Source of the DNA: Alphaproteobacteria bacterium
GTDB lineage: Bacteria; Pseudomonadota; Alphaproteobacteria; RF32; CAG-239
Assembly (NCBI GenBank): GCA_045590955.1
Contig: JAZNSB010000059.1
Location: forward strand, 2,760 to 66,759
DNA length: 64,000 nucleotides
Reading direction: 5' to 3'
Shown here: positions 22,321 to 29,685 of the stretch, one piece after another
Layout: every line of letters starts with the position of its first letter
Position numbering within the stretch: position 1 is the first letter of the stretch
Program-made: the position numbers and the translations under genes
Notes under the pieces: generated by a model
Databases searched by the model: none
Told to the model about the DNA's origin: nothing
Seen by the model: the letters and a program-made list of their open reading frames with translations, nothing else

Positions 22321-22374
22321 TTGGTTCAAGGATTGTAAAGTGTTATAATTGTTTGAACCATGAATTTCTGATGA

Positions 22375-22410
22375 AAAAACAAGAGGTTAGATATCAAAAT
22401 CTAACCTCTA
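22375..22410 (-). terminator. Rho-independent terminator read on the minus strand
   Basis: Minus strand: gaggttagat-tttgat-atctaacctc (10-bp stem) followed by ttgtttttt. Confidence 0.55.
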
Positions 22411-22416
22411 TTCAAA

Positions 22417-22434
22417 TTGGCTGCTTGACCTGGA
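22417..22434. repeat. 18-bp direct repeat of the tRNA-Gln 3' end (ttggctgcttgacctgga); att-like
   Basis: It is identical to 22570..22587, which covers the 3' acceptor/T-stem of the tRNA-Gln gene. Confidence 0.7.
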
Positions 22435-22539
22435 AGTATTGAGCTTTTCAAGCTCAATGATCTTACCGCGGGCAGACATATACCTGCCCGCATTGCGATT
22501 CCGAACGGTTGGTTCGAGCCCAATGATAAAACAGCCAAC

Positions 22540-22568
22540 AAAAAAAGCACCACAAGGGTGCTGTTTTT
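22540..22568. terminator. Bidirectional hairpin terminator immediately 3' of tRNA-Gln
   Basis: gcacc-acaag-ggtgc with A-run/T-run on both sides. Read on the minus strand it is gcacccttgtggtgcttttttt, nearly identical to the terminator after tRNA-Thr. Confidence 0.55.
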
Positions 22569-22570
22569 AT

Positions 22571-22644
22571 TGGCTGCTTGACCTGGATTCGAACCAAGAT
22601 TAACGGAGTCAGAGTCCGCTGTCCTACCATTAGACGATCAAGCA
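22571..22644 (-). tRNA. tRNA-Gln (anticodon CUG)
   Basis: Minus-strand RNA TGCTTGATCGTCTAATGGTAGGACAGCGGACTCTGACTCCGTTAATCTTGGTTCGAATCCAGGTCAAGCAGCCA. It has a 7-bp acceptor stem, a GGTTCGAATCC T-arm, an anticodon loop CT-CTG-AC, discriminator G and encoded CCA. The 3' half is very similar to E. coli tRNA-Gln. Confidence 0.85.
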
Positions 22645-22705
22645 ATTATAATTTTCTGTGTTTTTATGCTTTTTATCATACTTTGTCAATAATTTTATTT
22701 AAAAA

Positions 22706-22745
22706 AACAACCGGCCACTCATTTCTGAGAAAGCCGGTTTGTTTT
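22706..22745 (-). terminator. Terminator of the M15 peptidase gene
   Basis: aaccggc...gccggtt inverted repeat followed by a T-run on the minus strand. Confidence 0.5.
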
Positions 22746-22748
22746 TCA

Positions 22749-23312
22749 CTAAATGTCAAAGACATTAAAGGCTCCGTACCAAATGTGGTCTGAAATATCC
22801 ACGTTTGGGAACCTTCGCTCAAACTCTGCTTGCGACATATACACCGCAAAATAGACATTTGGCATGACAACGCTGTTGTCTCTCTTGCCTCTAAAATAAC
22901 CGGACCTATCCAAAATGCAGGTGTGAGACACCTCAGCAGGATTTGGATCTTTTACATCCAGAGCATAACAGCTATGATGCACCTTGCGCATCATAATGTT
23001 ATTGATCTTACTTGAGGTTGTCCATGGCACATAACCATAAGTCAATCCCTCGCCTGTCAGTCCCAGTTCTTCGGCTTTTTGTTTAATCAACTCCAAGCCC
23101 TCGGCCTTATTAGCCATTGTTGCAATAGGGAAAATGCTCACAATCACAACCTCTCCGTCACGATTGGATATATCCAATGCAAACTCCGGAAAGTCTCCTC
23201 CTCTATATTCACTGAGGTCTCCCTCAAAATTTTCCGGAAACTCATACTCGCTTTTTTTAAGCTGAGGGAGCTGAGTGGACAACAAGTTCAACAATACTAA
23301 ATGCTTTTTCAT
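22749..23312 (-). CDS. Secreted peptidase M15-like (VanY-type D,D-carboxypeptidase / L-Ala-D-Glu peptidase fold); possible cell-wall hydrolase
   Basis: A signal peptide, then VHHSCYALDV aligns with the VanY SxHxxGxAxD motif (G replaced by C), with a later DISDHIW His. The gene lies between two tRNA genes. Confidence 0.45.
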   Translation of the reverse strand: MKKHLVLLNLLSTQLPQLKKSEYEFPENFEGDLSEYRGGDFPEFALDISNRDGEVVIVSIFPIATMANKAEGLELIKQKAEELGLTGEGLTYGYVPWTTSSKINNIMMRKVHHSCYALDVKDPNPAEVSHTCILDRSGYFRGKRDNSVVMPNVYFAVYMSQAEFERRFPNVDISDHIWYGAFNVFDI

Positions 23313-23438
23313 AGCTTAATTTTTTTAAAACAAACATAATTATTGTGATAAACACATATTTTCGTATTTTGGAGAATAACATCATTTTTTATAAAAATCA
23401 AGCATCTTTATTTTTTTTTGTAAAAAAATAATTTTATA

Positions 23439-23467
23439 TTGACAACAATAAAACAGTAATATATAAA
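23439..23467 (+). promoter_or_regulatory. sigma70-like promoter for tRNA-Thr
   Basis: ttgaca(23439-23444), a 17-nt spacer, tataaa(23462-23467), 13 nt upstream of the tRNA 5' end. Confidence 0.5.
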
Positions 23468-23480
23468 CTCAAGCACAAAC

Positions 23481-23556
23481 GCCGACATAGCTCAGTTGGT
23501 AGAGCAACTGATTTGTAATCAGTGGGTCCGGAGTTCAAGTCTCTCTGTCGGCACCA
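23481..23556 (+). tRNA. tRNA-Thr (anticodon UGU)
   Basis: GCCGACATAGCTCAGTTGGTAGAGCAACTGATTTGTAATCAGTGGGTCCGGAGTTCAAGTCTCTCTGTCGGCACCA. A GCCGAYATAGCTCAGTTGGTAGAGC-type 5' half, anticodon loop TT-TGT-AA, and encoded CCA. Confidence 0.85.
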
Positions 23557-23565
23557 TTAAAACAA

Positions 23566-23594
23566 AAACGCACCTTTGTGGTGCTTTTTTTGTT
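23566..23594 (+). terminator. Rho-independent terminator after tRNA-Thr
   Basis: gcacc-tttgt-ggtgc followed by ttttttt. Confidence 0.6.
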
Positions 23595-23797
23595 TTAAAT
23601 CGTGTTGATTTGAGGTTCGAATTTCCGACCCACTTGGTGTCGGGGCGAGGCAGAAAAAAGCCAAAAGTAATTGGCTTTTTTCAACGCAGGTTACGCTTTT
23701 GTTAGCTTGTGAGCAAGTGGCAACGACGCGAAACAAGCGTTACAAAGGCGGTGACCGAAGTGAGTTAGTAAGCCGAAGGCGAACTTACGAACAAGAA

Positions 23798-23824
23798 CAA
23801 GTCTCTCTGTCGGCACCATTAAAA
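23798..23824. repeat. 27-bp direct repeat of the tRNA-Thr 3' end (caagtctctctgtcggcaccattaaaa); att-like
   Basis: It is identical to 23536..23562. It is followed by the hairpin tccccctttcatggggga plus a T-run at 23825..23850. Confidence 0.7.
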
Positions 23825-23984
23825 AAATCCCCCTTTCATGGGGGATTTTTATTTTAAATAACATTTGATTTTTACAATAAAATAGGCAGAACCACCAAGA
23901 AAAGCAGACGAAAACACTATTGCACCATTATAAAAAAAGATATATAATCAAACAAAAATCAATTATTATAAATAAATTTAAATT

Positions 23985-24443
23985 ATGAGAATCTTTTCAT
24001 TCAGGAAACCCATTGTTATCAATGGAGAAAACATCGTGATTAATGATTTAGCATTCAATCACAAATACAAAAAAGAAAAAAATTGCCTTATTGTTGTAGG
24101 CAAAATTAAGGATTGTACAATCTCTTACAGAGCTGTCTATGACCTAAACGGCAAGTTTATGTTTTTAAAACTATACAAACATAAACGCCTCTGTGCTCTC
24201 GTTTCTTGGAAACAAGAATACGACATTGAAGATGTTGAAACGATAAACAAAGATGGCAACAGAAACATCGTTACCAGCAAATATCTTTCAACAGCTAAGA
24301 TTCAACACAAGTTAGTAGAAAAGTCATTCTACACTTGTGTAAATAACGAAGTCCATAACAAAGTATTCCGATTAACAGATGGAAAATGGACTTCAGAAGG
24401 AGATTTTCCAAAAAGTCATTTAGCCTACTGGATTTCTCAGTAA
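23985..24443 (+). CDS. Hypothetical protein (152 aa)
   Basis: A clean ORF followed by a strong terminator at 24453..24486. No recognisable domain. Confidence 0.4.
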   Translation: MRIFSFRKPIVINGENIVINDLAFNHKYKKEKNCLIVVGKIKDCTISYRAVYDLNGKFMFLKLYKHKRLCALVSWKQEYDIEDVETINKDGNRNIVTSKYLSTAKIQHKLVEKSFYTCVNNEVHNKVFRLTDGKWTSEGDFPKSHLAYWISQ

Positions 24444-24452
24444 AACATCATC

Positions 24453-24486
24453 CCCTCACAATTTTATTGTTGTGAGGGGCTTTTAT
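24453..24486. terminator. Bidirectional terminator between convergent genes
   Basis: cccctcacaa-ttttatt-gttgtgagggg followed by cttttat. Confidence 0.6.
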
Positions 24487-24545
24487 ATAGTGGTTATAAG
24501 AAAATATAGCTCAAAACCTTTTTTTTATCTTTAACAACACTTTTC

Positions 24546-25637
24546 TCATCTAATATTCAAACGTGACACCAGAGCTTTTTGTTCTGCAAATTCTTTTGCT
24601 GTCATCACATTTTTTCCTGCCTCTAAAGGCTTAAACAAGTGGTCATTAGCCGTATAATTTACAAGACCATCATCTGCCCTGGGGGAAAGATAGCGATTGA
24701 AGTTGTGAAAAGGTGTTTCTGTAAGCTGCATAGTCGTCCCTATTGGCATAGAAAAATCCTCTCCATTACGCCAATTTGCATATTTTTTCATATCTTCATT
24801 AGAGCTTGGATAGATTTTTTCAAAACCTTTCATATAACTAAACAACCTTGCCTCTGTATCTTGAAGTTTTGGCTCTGTAAAATAAGAACCTTTTGCTTCC
24901 ATTTTAATTTCTGGCATTCTTTTTTGTGCGCTTTCCATCAAAAGAGCAATCTCTGCCAAAGCTTTATCTTTTTCTGCATCAGACATACTTGAACCAAAAT
25001 GTTGCATACGAACAATGTTTTGATAAGCGGTATGCATTGCCACAGAAAACTGCTCATTTTCAAGCTTATCATATAGATTTTCCGGTTTTATTTCTTTTTG
25101 AAGTTGTGGAGTCTCTAATCCCTGCAATTCTTTTATACGCTTACGGGCATGCCCTGTCCCCCTGACTACTGCATCTATTTTTCTAACAAGTGAAGATGAT
25201 GCCATAACATTTGCTTTTACTCTCTCAAATCTTTCTTTTTGTACTTGCCTGTAAGTCTTTTTTCCAACAAGAAATTCCCCCATCAATATCATATCTTTAC
25301 CATAATTTTCAGATAATTTCTGAAAGAAATTTCTTTTTTTCTGTGGCTTTACTCCCATATAAGTTGTCTTTCCGTCGGAAGTTTTTACTTTTACGGCAGC
25401 AGAAAGATCATATTTTGCAGCCATTTCATTGTCTTTACTCTGCTCTTTTATTGATGATTTCAAAATTTCAAAAGACTGTTTAGCTACATCAAAAAATCTT
25501 TGTGCTCTTTCTTTATCTCTTTCTCCAAGATCTTTACACGCCTCTTTAAAAGAGATTTTTCCCGCAGCAACATCACCCATCAAATATAAAAAATCTGCAA
25601 ATGTTGAATGTCTGGTAATTTTCTTTTCTTCTGGCAT
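24546..25637 (-). CDS. Hypothetical protein (about 360 aa, mostly helical, no signal peptide)
   Basis: A long ORF whose probable start is MPEEKKITRH (25637); the upstream ORF extension is hydrophobic. No recognisable family. It is divergent from an XRE regulator. Confidence 0.4.
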   Translation of the reverse strand: MPEEKKITRHSTFADFLYLMGDVAAGKISFKEACKDLGERDKERAQRFFDVAKQSFEILKSSIKEQSKDNEMAAKYDLSAAVKVKTSDGKTTYMGVKPQKKRNFFQKLSENYGKDMILMGEFLVGKKTYRQVQKERFERVKANVMASSSLVRKIDAVVRGTGHARKRIKELQGLETPQLQKEIKPENLYDKLENEQFSVAMHTAYQNIVRMQHFGSSMSDAEKDKALAEIALLMESAQKRMPEIKMEAKGSYFTEPKLQDTEARLFSYMKGFEKIYPSSNEDMKKYANWRNGEDFSMPIGTTMQLTETPFHNFNRYLSPRADDGLVNYTANDHLFKPLEAGKNVMTAKEFAEQKALVSRLNIR

Positions 25638-25684
25638 TGTCCACCTCCTATAACACATTACATATATAAATAAAATACCACAAA

Positions 25685-25702
25685 TGTTGACTAAAGTCAA
25701 CA
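25685..25702. promoter_or_regulatory. Perfect palindromic candidate operator tgttgac-taaa-gtcaaca between divergent genes
   Basis: A 7-4-7 inverted repeat in the 110-bp divergent intergenic region between the XRE gene and the 24546..25637 gene. Confidence 0.5.
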
Positions 25703-25746
25703 CCATTTAATTTTTAACATCTATAATGTTCAAAGGTAGGTAAACA

Positions 25747-25956
25747 TTGAGTAACAGATTGCAAATCATAGGCTCAAACATACGCCAGCACCGCAAAGAA
25801 CAAAATCTGTTACAGATTGATTTAGCTGTTATGGTAGGTATTGATAGAGCATATTTATCAGAAATTGAAAATGGTAAAACAAATGTTTCAATTGGTCTTT
25901 TATATGCAATCGCAGACGCATTAAAAATATCAATATGCTCCATTTTGCCACAATAA
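25747..25956 (+). CDS. XRE-family (Cro/CI-type) HTH transcriptional regulator, TTG start
   Basis: QNLLQIDLAVMVGIDRAYLSEIENGKTNVSIGLLYAIADAL is a canonical HTH_XRE. RBS aggtagg. It is preferred over the overlapping minus-strand ORF 25707..25943. Confidence 0.7.
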   Translation: MSNRLQIIGSNIRQHRKEQNLLQIDLAVMVGIDRAYLSEIENGKTNVSIGLLYAIADALKISICSILPQ

Positions 25957-25963
25957 AAATTAC

Positions 25964-26533
25964 TTAAGCCCTTACAATATCAGAAATAAAGTTTATTTCA
26001 TCTATTCCAATATTTTTTAAGCCTGTTTGCCATTTTTGTTCATCTTCCTTGCAAAACACCAAATCGGGTGTAGCATCTGTTATCAACCACATATTTTGTT
26101 TTATTTCTTCTTCAAGTTGACCTTTTTTCCATCCGGCATATCCGAGAGTAATAATTTTATTTTTCGGACCCATTCCGCATGCAATATCTGCAACAACTTC
26201 TAATGAAGAAGAAATTGCAAAATTTTCATCTATCATTACCGTATCAGACTTTACATATTCTGTACTATGGAGCACAAATCCTCTTATTCTTTCCAATGGA
26301 CCGCCATTATAAAGGTCTGCATCTGTTGTTTGAATTTTACTTCCCAAATCCATTTGGTTTACAATGTCTTGGAAAGAAACCTCTTGCATTTTTTTGTTAA
26401 TTATAAAGCCCATGGCGCCATCTTTGCTATGCGAACAAACATATATCACACTCTTGGCAAACAAGCCCTCATCTTTACCAGAAGGCACACTAATAAGGCA
26501 TTTACCTGTTAAAAAGTCATTAAATTCTTGCAT
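25964..26533 (-). CDS. yqgE: YqgE/AlgH-family protein (UPF0301)
   Basis: KCLISVPSGKDEGLFAKSVIYVCSHSKDGAMGFIINK...GGPLE...LGYAGWKKGQLEEEI aligns along the whole length of E. coli YqgE. Confidence 0.8.
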   Translation of the reverse strand: MQEFNDFLTGKCLISVPSGKDEGLFAKSVIYVCSHSKDGAMGFIINKKMQEVSFQDIVNQMDLGSKIQTTDADLYNGGPLERIRGFVLHSTEYVKSDTVMIDENFAISSSLEVVADIACGMGPKNKIITLGYAGWKKGQLEEEIKQNMWLITDATPDLVFCKEDEQKWQTGLKNIGIDEINFISDIVRA

Positions 26534-26620
26534 AATTATTTCCAGTCTGTAGTTAAGTTTTGCTTGTATTATAGCATTTTTTGTTCTATCTATAAATATA
26601 TCTTTTATAACTAGGAAAAA

Positions 26621-29260
26621 TTGATGAAAACTTGGTTAACATATTTATGTATTGTGTTTGGTTTTTTATCTTTACAGCCTAAAGTTTTACATGCAACACA
26701 AGATGCCCTTTCTCAAAGAGTTGCCGAAGAAATGCAAGTTGAGCTCATCTCTGACGAAGATGTGAACAGATTTTATAATATGTATCAAAAAATCAAACAG
26801 GCAAAAGATGAAACCGAGATTAGAAACATAATATATGAAACGTTTCCCAACATCCCTCACAGCGACCTGGAAAGCAAAATTGTATTGGCAGAAACAACAT
26901 TTAAAAGCTATAAGTATTTTGCAAATAAATATCAACAAATTAAAAAGGCATTTATCACCCCAAAAACTCCGCCTATGTATGTAGAAGATGATGATGTTGC
27001 CCACTTAGAAGAAAACCAAGAAAAATTTAAAAATTCAAAACAAGAAGTTTTTACCAATTTCAAAAGAGTGGTTTCTTACGCATTTGACAAAAAAAACTTT
27101 GAAGCCATAGAGGCCAAAAAAATTCGCAAAATAGTTACATCTCCGGTAAGGTCAGAATCAGACCAATTATACAAACTGGCAATTACAAAGTGGAACGCAT
27201 CTTCCGTACCATATTACAATAAAGACAAAGACATATATGACGGAGAAAGCCCCTGGACAATCACAGATAATATATCTGTAAGACTAGTCAGCCCATATAC
27301 GGCAATTAATAACAGCCAAGAACAGATTATTGGTATGCATGTATTGTTAAAAAACAACAACCACATACCGGCAACCGGCAACAAAACAAAAGGGATAAAA
27401 GCACCGTATCTTACGTTTGAAAATTCTAAAAATATAGAAATCAAACAAGTCTTGTTTCCATTTCCATCCGTCAAAGACCAAATACCCGTATATGAAGAAG
27501 CTTTTATAATTATTGTAAACTTAAAAGTTCCGGACATTACAAAACCTTTGTTCCTAAATGCAACTTTGCATGCCGATTTATGCAAAAATCACCAATGCTC
27601 ACCAACACAAATTAATGCAAATTTACCTCTTATTGAAGGCGTAGGTGTATTTACCCCTGCCCAACCTTACATTAACAGAGGATATGCTTTTGCACCAAAA
27701 TATAACCAAAAAGAAATAAACATCAGCAAAGCAATGTTGCTAACCGATGGAGCCAATAATAAACAACTGGTTTTACAAATTGAAGGAAAAAATAATCTTA
27801 AAGTATATGTTGATACTCAAGATGATATTGTTGTCAATAATCCCAAAGTTACCATTCGCGACAATAAAACATTGTTTTTTTATGATGTTCCGCAAAACAG
27901 TGACCATTTAATCGGCAAAGAAATCAAAGTTTTTGCTCAAGCAAACGCAACAACAAGCACATTAAAAAAAATTATCATAACCAAAGGCAACCCAAATGAT
28001 ATTTTCTATCAACAATTAGATTTTAGCTTGCTCTGTCTGGCCTTTTTGGGTGGATTGCTATTAAACTTTATGCCTTGCGTGTTCCCCGTCTTATCATTAA
28101 AAATAAAAAATCTGGCAAGCATAGAACACAGCAACAGTTCAAAAATAAGGTTGTCTTTTGCCAACACTGCGTTTGGAATTTTTAGTGCATTCGCCATCAT
28201 AATTTTATGCCTAATACAGCTAAAAAAAATAGGTATGGAACTTGGCTGGGGAATACAATTTCAAAATCCGATATTTTTAATTTCAATGATATTTCTTATT
28301 GCCTTTTTGTTTATGATTTCAGCTGGTATTATTGGCTTTAATCCATATATTTTTATGCCCAAAAAAGTAGCATCATTTGTTCAAGAACAACAACACTCTT
28401 CATTTATTGCCGGAATTCTTATGGTTTTGCTGGCCACACCCTGTACAGCGCCATATCTGGCAACCGCAATAGGCTTTGCTTTGGCAGGAGATGTTTATGA
28501 TATAACATATATATTAAGCACTGTAGCATTAGGCTTTGCTTTCCCATACATTATTGTAGCAATCACACCAAATGCCCGCAAACTTTTTCCAAAATCCGGA
28601 AAATGGATGAATTTTATTTCATACATTGCAAACATTTTACTGCTCATCACAATTATATGGCTCATGTTTATATTATACGGACAAACCGGTGGTTGGTATA
28701 TCTTTAGATTATGCCTTTATACAATTGCTTTTATACTATTGATGATAGCATACATCAATGTCTTAGAAATGTCATTTGACAAAACATTCAAATTTACCGT
28801 TTTTGAACTGATAATTCACGCCATTGGCTTAATCCTTGTATCTTTTTTATTGATATACGCCATCAAAGACGGGCAAGACGCCTACAACAAACAATACCAA
28901 ATTCACTCGCAAAACAGGCAACCACAGTTTGACCAATCTATAATAGAAAAAGAACTCAAAGACAATAATGCCCTTATCATCAAAGTAGTAGCAGACTGGT
29001 GTGCCACCTGCACTTATAACAACATCACCGGTTATAATTCTCCGGTGATTAAAGGCATGATTGAACAAAAGAAAATAAAAATTATAGAGTTGGACTGGAC
29101 CAATAAAGACCAAAATTTATTAAAATTTATGAAAAAATATGGACGCAGCGGAATACCGTTTAATATCTTCTTTTCAAAAAAATTTCCATACGGCATTGTA
29201 ATGCCCGAGATTGTTTCAGAGCATGATTTAAAGAATTTTATAAAAGATTTTATGGATTAA
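26621..29260 (+). CDS. dsbD: DsbD-family thiol:disulfide interchange protein with a long N-terminal periplasmic domain
   Basis: A signal peptide, a central polytopic membrane domain with conserved Cys (MPCVFPVL ... ATPCTAPY), and a C-terminal thioredoxin fold (WCATC). Confidence 0.7.
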   Translation: MMKTWLTYLCIVFGFLSLQPKVLHATQDALSQRVAEEMQVELISDEDVNRFYNMYQKIKQAKDETEIRNIIYETFPNIPHSDLESKIVLAETTFKSYKYFANKYQQIKKAFITPKTPPMYVEDDDVAHLEENQEKFKNSKQEVFTNFKRVVSYAFDKKNFEAIEAKKIRKIVTSPVRSESDQLYKLAITKWNASSVPYYNKDKDIYDGESPWTITDNISVRLVSPYTAINNSQEQIIGMHVLLKNNNHIPATGNKTKGIKAPYLTFENSKNIEIKQVLFPFPSVKDQIPVYEEAFIIIVNLKVPDITKPLFLNATLHADLCKNHQCSPTQINANLPLIEGVGVFTPAQPYINRGYAFAPKYNQKEINISKAMLLTDGANNKQLVLQIEGKNNLKVYVDTQDDIVVNNPKVTIRDNKTLFFYDVPQNSDHLIGKEIKVFAQANATTSTLKKIIITKGNPNDIFYQQLDFSLLCLAFLGGLLLNFMPCVFPVLSLKIKNLASIEHSNSSKIRLSFANTAFGIFSAFAIIILCLIQLKKIGMELGWGIQFQNPIFLISMIFLIAFLFMISAGIIGFNPYIFMPKKVASFVQEQQHSSFIAGILMVLLATPCTAPYLATAIGFALAGDVYDITYILSTVALGFAFPYIIVAITPNARKLFPKSGKWMNFISYIANILLLITIIWLMFILYGQTGGWYIFRLCLYTIAFILLMIAYINVLEMSFDKTFKFTVFELIIHAIGLILVSFLLIYAIKDGQDAYNKQYQIHSQNRQPQFDQSIIEKELKDNNALIIKVVADWCATCTYNNITGYNSPVIKGMIEQKKIKIIELDWTNKDQNLLKFMKKYGRSGIPFNIFFSKKFPYGIVMPEIVSEHDLKNFIKDFMD

Positions 29261-29684
29261 TCTGGCTTCTTGCAAGCCTATCTACCATTTCATTTTCTTT
29301 ATGGCCGGCATGACCTTTAACCCACACCCATTCAATATTGTGCATAGCAACCAAAACATCAAGTTCTTGCCATAAGTCAATGTTTTTTACTTCTGATTTT
29401 TTATTTGTAGTTTTCCAACCGTTAGCCTTCCAGTTTTTCATCCACTGAGTTACACCATCCATCACATATTTACTGTCAGTATATAGAGTAATGTCGCACT
29501 GTTTGGTTAAAGATTTCAAGGCATTAATAACGGCAGTAAGTTCCATTCTGTTGTTGGTTGTTTCATCTGCATGACCACAAATTTGTTTTTCTGCCTTCGG
29601 GTGGCGCAAAATAGCAGCCCAACCGCCTTTACCCGGATTTCCTGAACAAGCACCATCTGTCCAAATACAAATTTTTGATGCCAT
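29250..29684 (-). CDS. rnhA: Ribonuclease HI
   Basis: MASKICIWTDGACSGNPGKGGWAAIL...TNNRMELTA...TDSKYV match the RNase H catalytic motifs. The start is taken at the internal ATG (29684). Confidence 0.9.
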   Translation of the reverse strand: MASKICIWTDGACSGNPGKGGWAAILRHPKAEKQICGHADETTNNRMELTAVINALKSLTKQCDITLYTDSKYVMDGVTQWMKNWKANGWKTTNKKSEVKNIDLWQELDVLVAMHNIEWVWVKGHAGHKENEMVDRLARSQINP

Positions 29685-29685
29685 C

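Noticed and set aside
22412-22545. A second, unusual tRNA or tmRNA between the tRNA-Gln repeats
   Set aside because: The terminal 5'-ttggctg…cagccaa-3' complementarity and the hairpins are suggestive, but there is no D-arm, anticodon arm or T-loop consensus. It is treated as an att-scar or possible sRNA instead.
23496-23705. 69-aa plus-strand ORF
   Set aside because: It overlaps the tRNA-Thr gene and its terminator, and it is a shadow ORF of the GC-rich insert.
25707-25943. 78-aa minus-strand ORF overlapping the XRE gene
   Set aside because: The plus-strand frame encodes a textbook HTH_XRE domain, and the minus frame has no features.
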